Of a stretch of DNA of 64,000 nucleotides, positions 12,301 to 19,507 are shown one piece after another. Location of the stretch: IMG/VR virus record IMGVR_UViG_3300019371_000141. One strand, written 5' to 3'. The notes beneath the pieces are model-generated. The model was given only the letters and a program-made list of their open reading frames with translations. It was not told the origin of the DNA and searched no databases. Every line of letters begins with the position of its first letter. Positions within the stretch are counted from its first letter, which is position 1. This DNA comes from an uncultured virus (IMG/VR IMGVR_UViG_3300019371_000141). Its lineage: Duplodnaviria; Heunggongvirae; Uroviricota; Caudoviricetes. The translations under genes and the position numbers were made by a program.

Positions 12301-14342
12301 CACCTATTACTGTATACGCAACATGGACTATCGGTCAGGACGAAATACAGTCACTTATCGATGGCGGTGATTCTTTGCTTTGGAACTACGAAAAAAACGC
12401 GACCCTTGCGTATGCAGCTGTAAACGGAAGTACTGTTTACCTTCCTTCTGGAACAAAAGTAGCATTGGTTGATCCAAACAATAATAAAGATAGTGTATTT
12501 TATGGAGAACTTGCGTCTGGTGCATCAAGCATAGTGTTTGGCAATTTGCACTCTGATTATTATACTGAAGCGGAACCGAATAATGCTTTTACACCTCAGA
12601 CATTAAGTGAAATTGGCAGCTATACCGTATTAAAATATGATTCTTCTTCATCAACTAACAGATATATTAAAGATGGAACAGTATATTATAAGGATGGTGT
12701 AAATTATACATTTGATATTACCGATGATCATACTGAATTAAGTGGAGATGATGGAAGCCGTGATACGGATGATACTCATCCTGGCACAATAAAGATTGGC
12801 GATGACTATTATCGTCTTTATGATTCATCGACCGATCAGAATCCGGATGATGCAGTTTCAGGCTATAACACATATTTCATTACTGTGGATGATGATATTA
12901 ACGAAAACTATTATATCAATTTCTTCACTCCGTTTGTTTCATCATTCGCCCATATAACACTTAGTTCACCGAATCAGCTTACCGGAAATGTTCTCTCACA
13001 GAGAACCAATGCTATTCCTGCACATTTCTATCTTGGAGATATTTATACTCAGACGCTAACGTTTCACACAGGAACAAGAGGCGAAAACAATGACCAGATA
13101 ATGAATCAAGAGAATACTTCAATTTCTGTTTATGCACAAACTGAAATTGAGTTGAAGGATTTGTATCGAAATGAAGTTAAGGACGTGCTTGCCGCAAGTG
13201 ACGAAATAGATTTATATCATAGCTTTTCAGTTTATCTGACAACAATTCCTGAAAATAAGAGGGAAATTGCAGGAAATCCGTCAATAAACGGGTCTTATAC
13301 ATTTGCAAGTACAAGCGCTGAAAATACTGTTGAAAATATCAGCGGATCTGCAACTTCTCCGAACTTTATTGAGATAAAGCCAACGTTAGTGCACAGTATA
13401 AAGAATGATTTACTTTACGACAATGCTGCAAATCGCACGGCTGATGAAGAAGGCGGGACTAATACATATGCTAACGGGTTAGGAAAAGCTACAATAACCG
13501 CACAGATTACAATTAGATATGATGTTTCCGGTATTTTAGCGCAGTTCCCAGAAGGAGATGGATCGGGCGATACAGGTGTTGAAGCTTCTGTTAAATCAAA
13601 TCTGGCGTACAGTTACAATGATACCGCATATTCATCAATATCCGAATCGACAGGCGATAGTTATCACAAGATTTACTATAGATTGGCGATGGATGAGGCA
13701 ACTCTGAAGTATAATGTTCCACTGTCAACAAGTAGCAATCGTCTTGATGGTAGTGTCAGTCAGCTGGGTATTAACGCATTTAATGAGGAGGAACTTGGGA
13801 AAGACACGACACCGGATATAGATACAATTGGTTATTACAACATATATAATTTACCCGATCTCGAGGATGCTGATAAGGTTGTATGGACATTGGAAATCCA
13901 CGCTAAGCAAGAGAACGGTAGCTATGGTGATGCTCTTCCAATTTACGAATATCTGGATCCTACTGCTGGAATAACAATGAAAGCGGTCGGAAACGGAACG
14001 GAAAGTACAGTAGTTTACGGAAAAGTAATCAACAGTAGTGGTAATGTTGTTCGTAGTAATACGATAACCAATAACAGCCAAATTTACGGCTTGGTTTATG
14101 AGGATGATTTCTCAGATTATTATTATGATGGAATGGGAATTCAGGTCAAACTGAATTATGGTGTCGTAACAGATACGGCAGACTTTACTACAAGTGGAAC
14201 CAAATTCTATGCTAATTATGAAGTTATTCTCAGAGCGTCCCTATATGATGCTGACGGTGAATTGATAAAAGGTTCAGGAGCTCGTGATCATATTATTTAC
14301 ACGAATGCTAAGGTAAACCCGAATTTCATTGATACGGAATAA
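3375..14342 (+). CDS. Giant (~3655 aa) secreted GLUG-repeat protein, putative adhesin
   Basis: GAGGTG RBS before ATG 3375; signal peptide MNKKGMRRKMKKLARRTFSLLVAFAML; many (A/V)GG(L/I/V)(V/I)G repeats; uninterrupted 11-kb ORF. Confidence 0.8.
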   Translation: MNKKGMRRKMKKLARRTFSLLVAFAMLITTIPCLDMIEWFNKNATMVVYAARAEGQTQSFSSLNEFIEYTYDIHNESNSETTGYQGHQCDTINITVTSGEIYQICNTSNGKSFYPLGSVDYPFAGTLQISAGGSATTQLNLQSSLFDYVYDTAKIIDTTGNFLELSLSRAEGGYGVLFANHVVDDPEDANNTKATANKWMLKTVCYENMAYGESGYMEYENVSFSGLIDTIESGAIVNLEVVNNNALTHSTGFTSVTASGNAGLLCDTLNGTLNVNAISGTNTSYSITASNGSAGGLVGAMGSGSVLNLNYTGTFGLDDTNSVDPSITATANVGGLVGSVNGGKINISSGKFTIDSYTLESSGTSTYAGGLIGSYTNNNNNNSTITTEIFDFTTNWNVTNCDIQADMTGGVIGHYTNNIATATVTNSTTSTLSTSCSTGTAGETYYHGGIIGQYDCDSLTRSLVFDNAGVSFTCPLDTVKAGAIAFVGSTSYVKASDLTVNMTVSNNTHAGGVIGVVSDTCDCMLDFGTVTVTSNDLAAGLVQSLNTSVLRLSGTTNLSAAKALPGSTNYGQLVGKRTRGLVYALGTGADATPSYGSGWSFIRSTTATNADDIGSWGEVLRPDGTKISLVGLESSNGANTGILDYNSTAHTVRVAAPAYADDKYTIANAAAFTKLALNYQINTESSYSGAITFETNGLSSTIAGRDIDITDNINLSDIGITGFTRDNNEGSSYTGALTGNNKTVTLAIGEAYGIRNGSELTTDGVQGSGKIYRHSRLGLFNSINAATVSNITIAGSVNAEFTLSAYAGGLAAYASGAFLVTSLTATEGLNIKHSAGDNVVRVGGIIGNVGNDNASTSASISSSTSNLTASLDITEAGRIFSYGGYIGYIDDSNATYTFTSDTISGSVSSASAFTNMHAGGLVGDTASQKTSTDLRNLVINGVTVQNYTQTNNATKTAGGVLGYSWPNTNVTFTDLDVSATTTLSMTGNSDAYSHEFAGLVYRATGYWKVDDIDLNALTVTDSGYTTSFGLLVNKGTNVDSVKSGIYLELTSTSAYTISSSNVSITLGSKRASDLIFDEFVAFSSDYTTRDITEKNDKNEDVTIGTMPENTNVMNNSQGVVSIRTSGDAINMSSGNCNTYQNVTKNGGSTEWPVNKYTRYYYNLDYISGIYAQELAAAAEEGEEEEEENNVAASDGQKLLLWSVNTYAAANIKNKFANPYSSDGISGTDFDMVGLSYYPVNWEDSSVSIGDMGNIKFYNSEIETREKYTHSTNSAYDNHLRVTSGADQSHTQHYMMHCGLFRNVTADMTIDGDLSFAGNIGKVNNGSGALICGTILGDSDAQIRTNYSNASKTIELRGIYVNSSTAWSDYAPLLVNQVGSYTNFTLYGVFTPKDDENDVFYYNRDDARSGQAATSLVGNAGNSNISIVFSKIKLDSRTTDYEYSSNSTYLSDLTDEYNTDYSIFTKSTLLNQFAYNSTGNCTGSYNYTWNEDWGTGNRNVTYGYEVSESVEHQDSNGDSEENCYLGDARYTDPYSDDASSEFDFSYGILPYVYQGYVADTYHELAVNLASADIEEGCGTYNDPYVISTPKQLETIAKLIEGTMPADGFVINYPSTAALSNGWCTATTSGETTTYDHITYTYLSDIDGFYSDASTPSGQLATATLRQHLAGAYYMITEDLDLSSSFVGMGASMGDDNKQYAFRGIIVGKGTTETVNGEEVTTYPTVTNRSIYPFVKTSNGSVVKNLSITVDGLYLNPGNTSTFTYGYGELKSYGAVMGQIMGGDNIIDNVQVAFSDDCEICLNGSFDQLYPVGGYVGTIVCGGLFFRHMSGDIDGLGADSTIVNDGAGNDDLVSSDNMKWLYVNSIIGRVLNGYAVTETTKYRPFEDGTRTFPDGSKTYWNDTAFIELKASSANFASLDESYTATAKGVTMRNSTKNYSIADIIKPSDDSTKLDVSKLFKTNTKHVGTTITFPNAQSMLVLSMLTQSNCTNSYRGGNELYQKYSYQCRYGINPYGNNEYKTTHMADYDEVGPVTDTGITSSYADFNESLLDDYYVHDGDNQAGAEATTLVPYLVKYYTTQKGDYNTGYGVFNVSCHATLCNIAFGGLGNETWYIPDGFRGIGSLSLGVSNNATNPASDMCIGIYDFAGKGNTFSLNMAYNYYNDEFENYKVCNGSSAANYGFGLFNEINANITGRKIDNNGTYTTEDNNKVYTIHDFKLSGNVSSIAYSSSDGREFASNNAAAYNGNNKGLSKNSYNAVGAFAGTTNSREANKFVFDNIELKDVCVRGTKYAGGLIGYAFQNNNIYSEMIINNISSSSLDVSSAVSSGGLIGYTNSTKITINGDYNNTGTNTAFGIKNVYNIASFNNSDALTVGGLIGTVIAGNATKQIKISNIDITGSNNNTADIGLMTSSNAANNASRVGGFIGCSGETQLIVDNCNVKRTNINGGQVGGYVGYIYYDIKNTSAVTHTITNSSLDADDKTVKIEGARNVGGIFGYNYSKENTGSNITVDLFEIRNYVLENVLTGNGKDNYRNVGGVGGYFRQDGTSSISLNLRNISIKNSTVKSNYTSENDSGRQGTGLLMGCISANNVSYSRVYGYNILLEGNSLDRYTTSSFKNPSANTLIGNNYNELPVKLVGVSIQGGTIPTTRLVGKYKQNNTTEYLGNSGYVILADYNGDSVSTTSSSPNKIFSFAGDDNNVKDYNGADVIDNYPYVTSSGYQMIDGTHFLTGDGVVYDIAATKNVTWSDGGENVSVALMDSAFANICQDIITGTKTTRYKRTLTAAEVEAWLNTYGDKLTTYNTAMGLTGTENALSVDFPILLADDNTPATLTNMINGYLQIVTDSPTTEYFSQYNTTKNSAKNYKVEISTIRLNGSSFEEVTTDGWTPALYTTNGQYFTFSNNNVDSSPENVQFSLIDVQYYDPSSSSDEVAYHVYVPVLVKKMLKYSFKASPLSGTEYRSENYEDKYNVPLIDSFGSPITVYATWTIGQDEIQSLIDGGDSLLWNYEKNATLAYAAVNGSTVYLPSGTKVALVDPNNNKDSVFYGELASGASSIVFGNLHSDYYTEAEPNNAFTPQTLSEIGSYTVLKYDSSSSTNRYIKDGTVYYKDGVNYTFDITDDHTELSGDDGSRDTDDTHPGTIKIGDDYYRLYDSSTDQNPDDAVSGYNTYFITVDDDINENYYINFFTPFVSSFAHITLSSPNQLTGNVLSQRTNAIPAHFYLGDIYTQTLTFHTGTRGENNDQIMNQENTSISVYAQTEIELKDLYRNEVKDVLAASDEIDLYHSFSVYLTTIPENKREIAGNPSINGSYTFASTSAENTVENISGSATSPNFIEIKPTLVHSIKNDLLYDNAANRTADEEGGTNTYANGLGKATITAQITIRYDVSGILAQFPEGDGSGDTGVEASVKSNLAYSYNDTAYSSISESTGDSYHKIYYRLAMDEATLKYNVPLSTSSNRLDGSVSQLGINAFNEEELGKDTTPDIDTIGYYNIYNLPDLEDADKVVWTLEIHAKQENGSYGDALPIYEYLDPTAGITMKAVGNGTESTVVYGKVINSSGNVVRSNTITNNSQIYGLVYEDDFSDYYYDGMGIQVKLNYGVVTDTADFTTSGTKFYANYEVILRASLYDADGELIKGSGARDHIIYTNAKVNPNFIDTE

Positions 14343-14448
14343 TAATAACAGCAATCAAAAAAAGTAGAATCCCCATCGGTATTACTGAACGCCGTATTTA
14401 GGTCCTTTACCACATAGGGGATAGAACCGTAACAATCAAATAATTCTT

Positions 14449-14546
14449 TTATAAAACGCCCCCTTCCCGGGTAAGAAAAGCAAATTAGCAAGCAGCTGCT
14501 AACCTGTTCTTACCTTACTCCGGGAATAAAAGGGGGCGTTTTGTAA
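14449..14546. repeat. Long imperfect inverted repeat (~95-nt hairpin)
   Basis: AAAACGCCCCCTT (14453-14465) pairs with AAGGGGGCGTTTT (14530-14542); inner pairs GTAAGAA/TTCTTAC and TTAGCA/TGCTAA. Confidence 0.75.
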
Positions 14547-14911
14547 ATATGTTGTACGCTTTATGGCTGTAAAGCGGTGAAGTAGAGAGGACTGCTATAG
14601 GTTGGATAAGAAACGGGTGAAGCAAAAGAGGTAGCGAAAGAGGTAGAGTCCGGGGGAGCGGCAGAGCGAGTGTGGAGAATCGGTGGTGAAGCGGTGGAGA
14701 GTGAGAGGACGTGTGGTTGTGGTTTGGAGAATGCCGGCGGCAGCAAGTGAAGCTTGTTTTCCTATCGTCTGATTGATGCCAACAGTGTGAGCTGCAGTAG
14801 ATAAACTCTTGCAGCTTCGGCTTGCTGGATAAGTGAACTACGACTGTGGGTGACCACGGTGAGTCCTTGATTGTTCATAGATGGTTTACATAAAATTGTT
14901 TTATTGGGTAC

Positions 14912-14940
14912 TTGAATAATAACTGTGTTTATGATACAAT
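14912..14940 (+). promoter_or_regulatory. Sigma-A-type promoter of the RM operon
   Basis: TTGAAT-17 bp-TACAAT with extended -10 TG, about 50 bp upstream of the RHH gene. Confidence 0.55.
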
Positions 14941-14989
14941 ATTTATACCCTGATAAAAACATTATTTAATATGGATATGTGAGGTGCTT

Positions 14990-15175
14990 ATGAAAGAGAA
15001 AGTTACGGTCGGAAGACCGGCGGGTAGAAAGAAAACTTCTAAAATTGAAGTGGCACTCGAACCAGATATTAAAGATAAGTTTATGCAAATTATGCGTGAT
15101 GAAGGCAAAACTGCCTCCGTTGAAATAGGGCAATGGATTCGTGCATACATAAAAGAAAAGACGGAGGAACAGTAA
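14990..15175 (+). CDS. Small ribbon-helix-helix-type regulator
   Basis: GAGGTG RBS; GRP motif then KIEVALEPDIKDKF...ASVEIGQWIRAYI; its stop directly abuts the MTase ATG. Confidence 0.6.
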   Translation: MKEKVTVGRPAGRKKTSKIEVALEPDIKDKFMQIMRDEGKTASVEIGQWIRAYIKEKTEEQ

Positions 15176-16141
15176 ATGGAGGTCGTATCACTTTTTAGTG
15201 GAATAGGAGGCCTTGATAAAGGTTTTATTAATGCTGGATATAAGGTTGTCTGGGCGAATGATTTTGACAAATACGCTGTGGAAACATATAAAGCCAACTT
15301 TAGTCACCCGGTGGTGCTAGGGGATATAAATGAAATTCCACTCGAAAGCATTCCCCGTCACGATATACTTATCGGCGGCTTTCCATGCCAGCCTTTTTCG
15401 ATGATGGGCGCACAGAGAGGGTTTGAAGATACCAGAGGCACTTTGTTTTTCAGAATAGCAGAAATTATTAAGTATCAGATTGATAATAATCGTAAGCCTA
15501 AGGCTGTTATACTTGAAAACGTAAGAGCACTAAAAACGCATGATAACGGAAGAACATTCAAGACAATCGTGCGTGTAATAACGGAGAATCTTGGATATAA
15601 GGTTTTCCCGATGATATTAAATACAGCTGATTATGGAATACCTCAAACGAGAAACCGTATGTATATTGTTTGTTTTGCAAACGATTCTGTTAATGATTTT
15701 TCGGCACCGGAAAAAGTGGCTTTGACAAGGACTATGAAGGACTATTTGGAACATGGAGTTGAGGATAAATATTTCCTCTCTGAGAAGATCCTTCCTACTA
15801 TACTGTCAGATGGAACGGGTGGGTATAAGGCTCATTCTGAAATAGACCTTGATATTGCAAGGCCCTTGTGTGCAACAATGGCAAAGATGCACAGGGCATG
15901 TCAGGATAATTATGTAACGGACAATAGAATCGATGGGACGGAAGGCATCAGAAAGCTTACACCGAGAGAGTGTGCAAGACTTCAAGGCTTTGACAGGTAC
16001 AACACATCTGATTATGTAATACCGGTATCTAATGCACAGGCATATAAACAATTTGGTAATGCGGTTACTGTGGATGTCGCCGAAGCCGTGGCAAGAAAAG
16101 TCCGTACTAAACTGGAAGAATTAGGAGAATGGCACTCGTGA
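15176..16141 (+). CDS. DNA (cytosine-5)-methyltransferase M1
   Basis: Motifs SLFSGIGG, GGFPCQPFS, LENV, PQTRNR, LTPRECARLQGF, QFGNAV. Confidence 0.95.
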   Translation: MEVVSLFSGIGGLDKGFINAGYKVVWANDFDKYAVETYKANFSHPVVLGDINEIPLESIPRHDILIGGFPCQPFSMMGAQRGFEDTRGTLFFRIAEIIKYQIDNNRKPKAVILENVRALKTHDNGRTFKTIVRVITENLGYKVFPMILNTADYGIPQTRNRMYIVCFANDSVNDFSAPEKVALTRTMKDYLEHGVEDKYFLSEKILPTILSDGTGGYKAHSEIDLDIARPLCATMAKMHRACQDNYVTDNRIDGTEGIRKLTPRECARLQGFDRYNTSDYVIPVSNAQAYKQFGNAVTVDVAEAVARKVRTKLEELGEWHS

Positions 16142-17577
16142 TATACGATACAGACATAAAAGAAATAGTTGCATTTATCAATGCAGCCGAATTACACGAA
16201 AGCGATAGTACAGCAGAAAAATGCTTGTCGCGGATGACAGAAAAAACTGAAGAAGAGTTTCTGGACAGTAGAGCAGAAACATTGTCTTCGCTTTGGAGTG
16301 ATGAGGAAGTAAAAAAAGCTCTGAGAAAGCTTTCGTCCATATGTAATGAATCAAACATCAGATGTGATGAATGCCCGGTAGCTAAGTATTGCAATCATTT
16401 TATTATGAATGCTAGAAAGAAGGTTGATAAATCGTCATTCACGATGGTGGATTTATTCTGCGGTGCGGGCGGTTTGTCATTAGGCTTCACTCAGGAAGGA
16501 TTTGTTACAAGACTGGCGAATGATATTCAAGACTGCTGTGTTGATACTTATGCCCACAACCATCCCGAGACACCTCGAAACAGGATAGTTCTTGGAGATA
16601 TTAAAAAGGTTGTTGATGACCTAGAGAGTATAATGGGTGGTGAGGAGCCCTCAATCGTAGTAGGAGGACCACCTTGCCAGGGCTTCAGTGAAGCAAATCG
16701 TCAGCGCTTAATAGATGATCCAAGAAACCATCTGTATAAGAGCTTTGTTGCGGTTGTAAGTAAACTTCAGCCACCTTTCTTTGTTATGGAAAATGTAAAA
16801 GGAATGCTGAAGGTTAAAGACCAAGTGATAGAGGATTTTAACCGTATTGGATATGAAGTTTCCGCTCATGTTCTGAATGCCAAGGACTTTGGCGTCCCTC
16901 AGAACAGAGAAAGGCTGATATACATCGGTAATAGAGTCGGAGTAGATAACGAGTGTATTTTTAACGATATATTCGAATTGAGCAAGACAATTCCTTATCA
17001 TACTCTTGGTGATGCGTTAGCTGGATTGAGAGAGCTGGAGGCATCAAGAATTAAGAATTCTACCGAGCTTGATACTGATGAGTCCGGCTATAAGATAGAA
17101 CGCAACAGATGCCAGTTAAACAATGATTACATCACATACATAAACCAAGGACGGAATTGTGGTATTGTTTGCAATCACAAGGCAAGATATAACAATGACA
17201 GGGATATCGAGATTTACGGAAGAATGAATCCGGGGGACAAGTCAGATGACCCTAAAATAGCAGATATTATGCCTTATGCGAGCAGAAATGATATTTTTAA
17301 GGACAAGTATTTCAAGCTAGAGGCAGATAAGGTATGCAAGACAATCACTGCCCACATGAAATTTGACTGTAATATGTATATTCATCCGACACAGGCAAGA
17401 GGGCTGACTCCAAGGGAAGCTGCAAGGGTTCAATCCTATCCCGATGATTATTTCTTTAGAGGATCATATACTAAAACTTATATGCAGATTGGAAATTCGG
17501 TCCCGCCTCTTTTGGGAAGGGCAATTGCGACTGTAATAAAACGCTATATTGAGAAGTATTATGGCACTTCTCAGTAA
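16129..17577 (+). CDS. DNA (cytosine-5)-methyltransferase M2 with N-terminal Cys cluster
   Basis: DLFCGAGG, GGPPCQGFS, MENV, PQNRER, LTPREAARVQSYPD, QIGNSV; ~100-aa N-terminal extension containing CX6CX2CX5C. Confidence 0.95.
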   Translation: MALVIYDTDIKEIVAFINAAELHESDSTAEKCLSRMTEKTEEEFLDSRAETLSSLWSDEEVKKALRKLSSICNESNIRCDECPVAKYCNHFIMNARKKVDKSSFTMVDLFCGAGGLSLGFTQEGFVTRLANDIQDCCVDTYAHNHPETPRNRIVLGDIKKVVDDLESIMGGEEPSIVVGGPPCQGFSEANRQRLIDDPRNHLYKSFVAVVSKLQPPFFVMENVKGMLKVKDQVIEDFNRIGYEVSAHVLNAKDFGVPQNRERLIYIGNRVGVDNECIFNDIFELSKTIPYHTLGDALAGLRELEASRIKNSTELDTDESGYKIERNRCQLNNDYITYINQGRNCGIVCNHKARYNNDRDIEIYGRMNPGDKSDDPKIADIMPYASRNDIFKDKYFKLEADKVCKTITAHMKFDCNMYIHPTQARGLTPREAARVQSYPDDYFFRGSYTKTYMQIGNSVPPLLGRAIATVIKRYIEKYYGTSQ

Positions 17578-17592
17578 TAGGAGGGGTTACAA

Positions 17593-19497
17593 ATGAAATT
17601 TGATGATGTTATAAAAACTGTAGCAGATACGCTCAGTAAAATTGGAACTACAATAAATACCGGTGATTATGACGGTGTTATTGTAAAGCGTCTGGAGGCT
17701 TCTAATACTTTAGATAAAGGAAGAACAACGAAGCAGTCCCATATAGCCATTACTGGCTCACAAATGGACATGTTTCCTTATCTCAGAGCAGATGGCTATT
17801 TCACGGAGGACTATGATAAGCAAGATCCAGAATTGAAGAAATATATGGTTGCTCAGATACCTGCATATCTTCATAAGGAGAATGTTGATTATTTGGGCGC
17901 TGTGGAGAAACTCTTTGACGGCGATTCCTTTAAGGCATATATAAGCATTGTCCGAAGCAGAAGAAACGATGCAGCTGATCAGATACAGATGTCGATGACA
18001 TATATGGACTCGCCTGAATATGTTGCGTACAGAAGGATAGTACATACTGGCAGTTGTATGATCATGCTCAAAAGGAGGAGCGAATTTGAATATGACTTAT
18101 ACTGTGTTAAACCAGAAGACAGCCAGGACTTAGCAGCATTTAATAATGTTTTTGTAAAACTGCCCACAAATACGGCTGTGAAAACAGATGAGATGGTTGG
18201 AATAAAAAGGAACATGAAAACTTCTCCCGCCACCAACATCCTCCTCTACGGTGTTCCCGGCTGCGGAAAGTCCCATACCATAAAGACACAGTACTGTGAT
18301 GATGACAACTACATGGAGCGCGCTGTGTTCCACCCGGATTATACATACTCAGATTTTATAGGTCAGATACTGCCGAAGGTTACCGATCACAAGGTTTCCT
18401 ATGAATTCGAGCCGGGACCTTTTACAAGAATTCTCAAGAAAGCCGCTGACCCGGAGAATAAGGACAACTACTATTACCTGGTTATCGAAGAAATCAACCG
18501 CGGCAATGCTCCGGCAATCTTCGGTGATGTTTTCCAGCTCCTTGACCGCGACAGCAACGGCGTGAGCGAATACGGTGTCAGCAATGAGGCTGTAGCAGAA
18601 GTTGTCTACGGTGATAAAGACCACAGGGTTAAAATCCCTTCAAACCTCTTCATCCTTGCAACGATGAACTCGTCCGACCAGAACGTGTTCACGTTGGATA
18701 CCGCTTTCAAGCGCAGGTGGAAGATGAAACTGATTGAGAATGATGTTGATGCCTGCAAGTATGCATCACATTCCGTGTGCGGAACTTCTGTCACTTGGGC
18801 AGCGTTCGCTAAAAGGATAAACGACCTCATCATAGAGGTAAAAACAGATAATCTCAGCAACGAGGACAACCGTCTCGGGGCTTATTTCGTAAGTGAATCT
18901 GAGCTTGATGATGCGGATGCATTCGGTGAGAAAGTTCTTATGTATCTGTGGAATGATGCCTTCAAGTATGACCACGAGAAGGTTTTCAAAACGCAGTACA
19001 GAACCCTTGATGAGCTTATTAAAGGATTCAAAGATACTGGTTTCAGTGTATTCGCCGATAACGTGAAGTTCCCGGAGAGCACTGAGGATGACGATGAGGC
19101 TATAGATTTTACTTTGGATAGTGGGTCGGGAGAAATTCAGATTGAGAGGTATCTTTCCGGCAAGAAGGATCATCTGATTGAATACTATAAGCGCCTTCTT
19201 GACGTGGTAAAGAAAGATGTCCCGGATTTAAGGGATGCCACGGTCGGTTCACTTCAGTATGCATCATGGAGAGCACCCGGTCTTTCAAAGGTAAGCTTTG
19301 CCGATATAAAAATCCGCAAGGACAGAATCGTTATTTTCACGGAGCAGCCTTCCGGAGACGGCCTGCAGGACATAGGCGAGGTTCTGCCTGTTAATAACCA
19401 CAGAAACCATTATTTCAAAATTATTTACACGGGTGACCGCACGGATGATGTCGCCAGTGCCATTGTCGAGTCCTATGAAAAACTGAAGGTGAATTGA
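17593..19497 (+). CDS. McrB-like AAA+ NTPase subunit (LlaJI R1-like)
   Basis: Walker A GVPGCGKS, FHPDYTYSDF, Walker B IEEINRGN, McrB signature TMNSSD...AFKRRW. Confidence 0.9.
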   Translation: MKFDDVIKTVADTLSKIGTTINTGDYDGVIVKRLEASNTLDKGRTTKQSHIAITGSQMDMFPYLRADGYFTEDYDKQDPELKKYMVAQIPAYLHKENVDYLGAVEKLFDGDSFKAYISIVRSRRNDAADQIQMSMTYMDSPEYVAYRRIVHTGSCMIMLKRRSEFEYDLYCVKPEDSQDLAAFNNVFVKLPTNTAVKTDEMVGIKRNMKTSPATNILLYGVPGCGKSHTIKTQYCDDDNYMERAVFHPDYTYSDFIGQILPKVTDHKVSYEFEPGPFTRILKKAADPENKDNYYYLVIEEINRGNAPAIFGDVFQLLDRDSNGVSEYGVSNEAVAEVVYGDKDHRVKIPSNLFILATMNSSDQNVFTLDTAFKRRWKMKLIENDVDACKYASHSVCGTSVTWAAFAKRINDLIIEVKTDNLSNEDNRLGAYFVSESELDDADAFGEKVLMYLWNDAFKYDHEKVFKTQYRTLDELIKGFKDTGFSVFADNVKFPESTEDDDEAIDFTLDSGSGEIQIERYLSGKKDHLIEYYKRLLDVVKKDVPDLRDATVGSLQYASWRAPGLSKVSFADIKIRKDRIVIFTEQPSGDGLQDIGEVLPVNNHRNHYFKIIYTGDRTDDVASAIVESYEKLKVN

Positions 19498-19507
19498 GGA
19501 ACTGCCT

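Noticed and set aside
14820..14880. Possible att site or remnant of a host target gene
   Set aside because: No second copy and no integrase in the window; the resemblance is too weak to call.
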